Notes under the pieces: model-generated
Seen by the model: only the letters and a program-made list of their open reading frames with translations
What the model was told of the DNA's origin: nothing
The model's database searches: none
Made by a program: the position numbers and the translations under genes
Shown here: positions 58,671 to 64,000 of the stretch, in pieces
Numbering within the stretch: position 1 is the first letter of the stretch
How the letters are laid out: every line of letters starts with the position of its first letter
Source of the DNA: Salpingoeca rosetta
Lineage: Eukaryota > Protista > Choanoflagellata
Direction of reading: 5' to 3'
Length of the DNA stretch: 64,000 bases
Assembly: GCA_033442325.1 (NCBI GenBank)
Contig: JAWQFM010000004.1
Coordinates: 882,264 to 946,263 of the forward strand

Positions 58671-59539
58671 ATGCCAGCATCGCCAGCCTTCTGCTTGGTG
58701 CTGTTGGTGTTGCTACTCGTCACCTTCCTCTTCAACACCGGCGCGCAAGAGCACTCAGAAGACCCAAACAATGCATCCATCTACATTGACGAGGCTGGTC
58801 ACATGGTGTTTGAGGACAGTGAGGGGCAGGTGTCGCTGAAGGACCTGCTGCAGGCACTGGGAACACTTCAACAGAGCGTGTCCACGCTGCAGAACGACAA
58901 CGCTGGGTTGAGAAACCAAAACAGCCAGCTGGAGGCTCGGTTGATGACTGTGGAAGAACAGCAGCAGCAGCAGCAGCAGCCAGAGCCATGCATTGCCTTC
59001 ACGGCAAAGACGGCCATGACAACACCTGGCACGTTCAATGTTTCTCTGTCTTTCACGCAAGGCACCAACCTCCCACGCAACGTGTCTCTCTACATCGAAG
59101 TCGGTGGTGGAGGCGGGGCGGGTGCTTCGGCGGGCTGTTCCACCTACAACCAAGCCGGCGCATCCACCTCATTGGTGCAGCCCTCGGCAGCCACGACATG
59201 GCTATCCGCAACCGGTGGAGACGCCGGCAAGTACACAGCCGCGTTCGGTGTTGGCCATGGCTATGGCGACGAAGGACCAATTCGCATGGTTGGACGCGGC
59301 GGCGATGGTGGCGGTGGCAGCAGCTACATGGACTACACCAGCCATAATGGTGGAAACGGCGGCTACGCAGCCGGCGTGTTTCAAGTGGACTCCGCCTGGT
59401 CACGCATCTCGAGGCTGTTGTTGGAATAGGTGGCGATAGTGGCAGCGGATGCTCGTATCGCGGCCGCAAAGGATCGGACGGTTTTATCATCTTTCACCAT
59501 CCAGCCCACCTGAACATCACCATCACCACGCCTTCGTAA
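58671..59539 (+). CDS. Intronless secreted protein: signal peptide, stalk/coiled coil, glycine-rich domain; frameshift near 59400
   Basis: FCLVLLVLLLVTFLF; IYIDEAGHMVFEDS; heptads LQQSVSTLQNDNAGLRNQNSQLEARL; EVGGGGGAG...ATGG...GGNGGYAAG. Continues in another frame as AVVGIGGDSG...GSDGFIIF. Confidence 0.65.
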
Positions 59540-59550
59540 CAAGGCACGCT

Positions 59551-59641
<91 letters not shown>

Positions 59642-59954
59642 CGCGCGCTCACTTCGTCCTTTCGTCACGTCTGTGTCATCGTCATGAACTTTTCACGACA
59701 TGTCATGTCACATCACAATCAAGGCCTACTTTCGGACAGCACAAATTATGTATGTCCATGAACCTTTTCGGGGTGATCTCACCATTTATTGCTATGCGGA
59801 GTCACTGGTGCAACTTTCGTCCATGTCACACGCAGACACACCAAACATCAAACACGCAGCAGGCCGCCAGATCAAATACAAACAAAAGCACGCCCTTCCG
59901 CGCCCCCAGGTCCATTCACAGCCGAAGCGCAGCTCAGTCAGCAGAGACAGCACT

Positions 59955-61333
59955 ATGAGTGAGGCGGCATCCTCCTTTGGTCTCGACACCAATCAACTGC
60001 GACAAAACCTTACTCCGTGGAGCGACAGCGCTTGGAGACACCGATCTGACGACGTTCATGACGACACACCAACCCAAACACTTTTTGAGAGAAGGGGCCA
60101 TGGAGAGACATGGTCTGTGCCAGACAGAGAGTCCATTGTGGTTGAAGGCGATGACTCTGTTGTGGTTGAGCGCTGCGCTCAGACATGCCAAGGTGAGACT
60201 TGTTGAAAACTTCATCGGCTTGTGTGAACGCAGGTGCTGATGCATGGGCACAGCACATGTTCACATTGCAACATTGTTGATATGGACCGTAGGACTGTTG
60301 TCTGCTTGATTGATCATTGTCTCATGACACTGCTTTCTTGCATGGTCAAGTGTATTCATGTGAGGACACGCGATTGCATGCACCTCGCCCCGATCTCACC
60401 AAACAGAAGGTGTGTGCGGTGTGTGTGTATGTGTGTGTGTGTGCGTGTTTGTGTGTGTGTGTGTCTGCTGTGCGAGTGTGCGTTGGCGCGTATGTGTGTG
60501 AGTGAGTGTGTACGGTCCATCCGTCCTTGTGTCTCAATGTTGTGTGTTTGACAATTGCTAAGGCATCCTCCGTGAATACCTCTTCCTCACTGGTTTGCAA
60601 CTGTGTGTCAGCTGACAACAACAACGCGTGAGCTGGTCGAGCTTCGCCAACCCCTACAGGCTGCGCGCACAGGCTTCATGCTTGTGGGTGGGGGACATTC
60701 CGGCAAGACGACCACTCTCCACTCCCTAATGGGTGACGACTTCAGGGAGGACAAAGCTCGCGTCATTGGCACCGACAAGCTGGATCGTTCTGTCGTCGTG
60801 ACATCCATGGACATCTGCAACTGGCAGGTGTGTGCGTGCGTGTGTGTGTGTGTCTATTGTGATCGCAGCTTGTCACTTACTGGAGGGCAAGTATCTTTTC
60901 CAAGCTCACATGTGCACCTGGATTCCACCATGTCACAACAGCCCCTGACGCACGACATCAGTGAATTCGTGCGCACGCTGTCGTACACGGCCCTGCAGAG
61001 GACGATTGACCAGCAGCAACAGCTCAAGGAACAGGTGCAACCTGCAGAAGGCCATGGCATGCAAGACGACAAGCCCCGCCCCTCCTTCTCCTTGTCGCTC
61101 AAGCATGAGCGGTCTCATCACACATCTACGACACAAGCCAGCAGGTGTTGCCCCACTGCCTCCACCGAGGAGATTGAGAAGGCAATCAAGGGCATGAACA
61201 TTTATCTGCCCATCGAGGCAAGCAAGCCTGGGGTCACCTTCAAAGTGTTTGACCTGGGAGGCCAGTCCACCTTCCACATCTTCTACCCGTTCTTCTTCAC
61301 CAAGTGAGTGGGATGTATTTGCATGTGCGTGTG

Positions 61334-61414
<81 letters not shown>

Positions 61415-64000
61415 GACCACCGCTCCCCCGCACCACCGCAATTGCCTTCACCCCACACCCTCCTCACTCCACACCACTCCCACAACAGGTACGCGGTGTA
61501 CCTGCTGGTGTTTTCCATGGAGGACCTGCTGCACCAAGACGAGAGCAAGCGAGCAGAGGCGTGGGAGTTTATGGAGCACTGGTTGTCTTCCCTCCACCTT
61601 CACGCGAAGGGCGCACCCATCCTCATCGTCGGCACCTTCGCTGACAAGATCAACGAGCGGAAGCAGCACGAGGGCATCTCACGTGACATTTACAGTCGCC
61701 TGCGCCACAATCCCGCTTTCCCTGGCGTCATCCACAATGACAAGCACGGGCTGTGGTTCTGGCCCGTTGACAACACCAAGTCCATCCGTGACCCCATGAT
61801 CCAGGACCTGCGCCAGACCATCTCCTCCACAGCACTGGCGCAGGAGTACGTGAGCCAGGAGGTGGCTGTGCCGTACCTCCACCTCTACGACAAGCTCAAC
61901 GCCATTGCCCGCGACGAGAAGCGGCCGCTGCTCACGTTTGATGAGGTGGTGCAGATTGCACGCACATGTGGGCTGCCCACATGCGAGGAGACGAGAGCCT
62001 GCCTCCAGTTCCTGCACCTGTACTCCATGGTGCTGTACTACGACCACGTGCCAGGCATGGAAGACTATGTGATCCTGAGTCCACAGTGGGCGGTGGACAC
62101 AATGACGCGCGTCATCCGCAACTTCGACCTGCACCGCGATGTGCGGGATGGCGAGGCGAGGGCCGTTGGCGCGCAGGTGTGGGACGACCTCGTTGACCGC
62201 GGCATCCTGCACCGTCGCCTGCTTGATGTTCTATGGAAGGAGTTGGGAGGTGACATGATTGAGCCTTTCATTTGCCTCATGAAACATTACGGCCTGTGCA
62301 TGGAGTACACAACACCAACGGTGCAACTACCCAGTCATCAACAGCAACATCAACACCACCAACAGTACCTGGTTCCTGCCGTTCTGCCAATGACGATTCG
62401 CCACAACACCAGCACGGTGGCGTCCGTGTCACTGAGCACGACGGCAGCACAGCAGGTCAACCCATATGTTGGTTATGAGGAGAAGACGGCGTTTATCGCC
62501 TTCAGCCTGAAACCATTCAAGCGAAGTGCGAGCGTGCGAGTTGAAGATGCGCAGCAAGCGTCATTCCTGCCAGAGGCTTTGTTCACCGTTGTACTGGCCC
62601 ATGTGATGGCGCATGCACAGCACGGTGCATCGCAGGCGCCCAAGCTGAGTCGCACCCATGCCATCTGCTTCATGGAGTCGACCAAGCTGGAGCTGCAGCT
62701 AGTGCCGGCTGTTGGCGGCATCAAGATGAAGATCACGAGTGCACAGCCGCGCGCCATGCTGCACATGCTGCACACCATGATCAGCGAGGCCGCCAGAGAG
62801 CGCTACCCGGAGCTAAAGAGCAGCCTGTTGGTGCCATTCGACGCCAAGACGCTGCTGTTCTTCGAGGATGTGCTGCACCACCACAAGAGCAAGCAGGACA
62901 TGTGGGTGCACGAACAGCTCCTGTCACCCGATGACCTGATCACCAAGTATGACCCTCTCCTGCCCGTTCTCGGCCTGCAGGACAAGTACGACGTCTTCAT
63001 CAGCTACAGGTACGCTCTGCGGTTTGTTGTGCTGACACTGCAAATGTTTTGCAGCACCTTGACGCAAATGATGCGTCCGCTTCCTCGTTCAGACTTACCC
63101 TTCCTCAATGCTTGAACACTCCTTCAGGCTCGAAGAGGTCTTCGCTCTCTTGTCAGCAATCGCCAACTTGCAAGGCGCACAGAATCGGCTCAAAGTGCGC
63201 GCAGATGCGTGCGACATACTTCCGACGCCATTGCTGCGACGCACGACCCTGAACGCGTTGGCCCAAAGCACCGTCGTTTGTCCCGTCATATCTGTCTCAT
63301 CGATCGAACAGATTGTGAAGGACTGTCATGACGGCAAACCGAGTGAGCTCCTGCTCGAGTGGACAGCTATTCTTAGTATGAAGGATCTCGTCCGCGGCGA
63401 CGACAGCGCAGCTGCGCAGAAGCTACGCCTGCGAACCGTCATTCCAATTATCGTGGCAGCCCCATCTCACCGGAGCGATGATGCCGCCGTGCCAGCCTCA
63501 CATGAAATCGTGGTTGTGATGCAGCGGGCCGCAGCGCAGTTGCCGGACACTTCTCATGACCCAACAATGACCACGCTTACTTCGGAATGGAATGTGGGCG
63601 TTCAGCTGCCATCGAACCTGCCGACACCGCACGTGGTCGTTACAGAGTTGATGGGGAGGGCCGAGGCTGCCGCTGTACCGGTGCTTCAGTCACAACATGA
63701 CGACTTCGCCACCAACATCGAACGATACCTTCTCATTATCATGGACTCTGTACAGGAGCACGGACAATCTGTACACACACGACCAGAAAGTGCAAAGCAA
63801 CTGCGACAAAAGGCAAAACAATTGTTCAACCAAACTTACCGACTGCTATGGGGCTTGTCACGGAAGGATCGCGTATTTCTGGCTCAGGAGTGCGACATTG
63901 ATGCACCCGTGGACATGACGATTCAGGACCTCATTCGTGGCCTCACAGACACAGTACCTGAAGATGACCCGCTTGGCCTGCCTTTCTTCCATGCGGACAG
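59955..64000 (+). CDS. Second ROCO protein without LRRs: short N-terminus - Roc - COR - divergent TIR - unknown C-terminus (runs off the window)
   Basis: VGGGHSGKTT; FDLGGQ; COR exon 61489-63009 very similar to 5530-7110. After DVFISYR, an exon from ~63129 is open to the window end and contains VVCPVIS...SELLLEW...LRTVIPII. The 5' exons are tentative. Confidence 0.8.

Overview
Eukaryotic, intron-rich, GC-rich DNA with (GT)n/(CA)n microsatellites in most introns and three 100-N gaps. It is most consistent with a choanoflagellate such as Salpingoeca rosetta (inference from composition and gene families only). After a housekeeping NUBP2/CFD1 gene, the window reads as a fast-evolving candidate innate-immunity locus centred on NAD+/ADP-ribose. 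It holds (1) an apparently intact spliced gene encoding an LRR-Roc-COR-TIR-ART (PARP-like, H-Y-E) fusion, (2) a neighbouring PARP14-like multi-RRM/macrodomain/WWE-like gene with no ART domain, (3) an inverted, deletion-riddled copy of that gene that does end in a PARP domain, (4) two more RRM paralogs, and (5) a second, LRR-less Roc-COR-TIR gene with a near-identical COR exon but different flanks. These pairs sit in roughly mirror-image order around ~26.3 kb. Interspersed are three intronless secreted 7-repeat beta-propeller genes, a secreted glycine-rich-domain gene with a similar stalk, and decayed intron-retaining gene fragments (pyruvate carboxylase, ATP7-type Cu-ATPase, TRP-like channel, LRR receptor kinase, tyrosinase). 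Domain calls come from visual motif recognition and manual splice-phase checks; no database searches were run.
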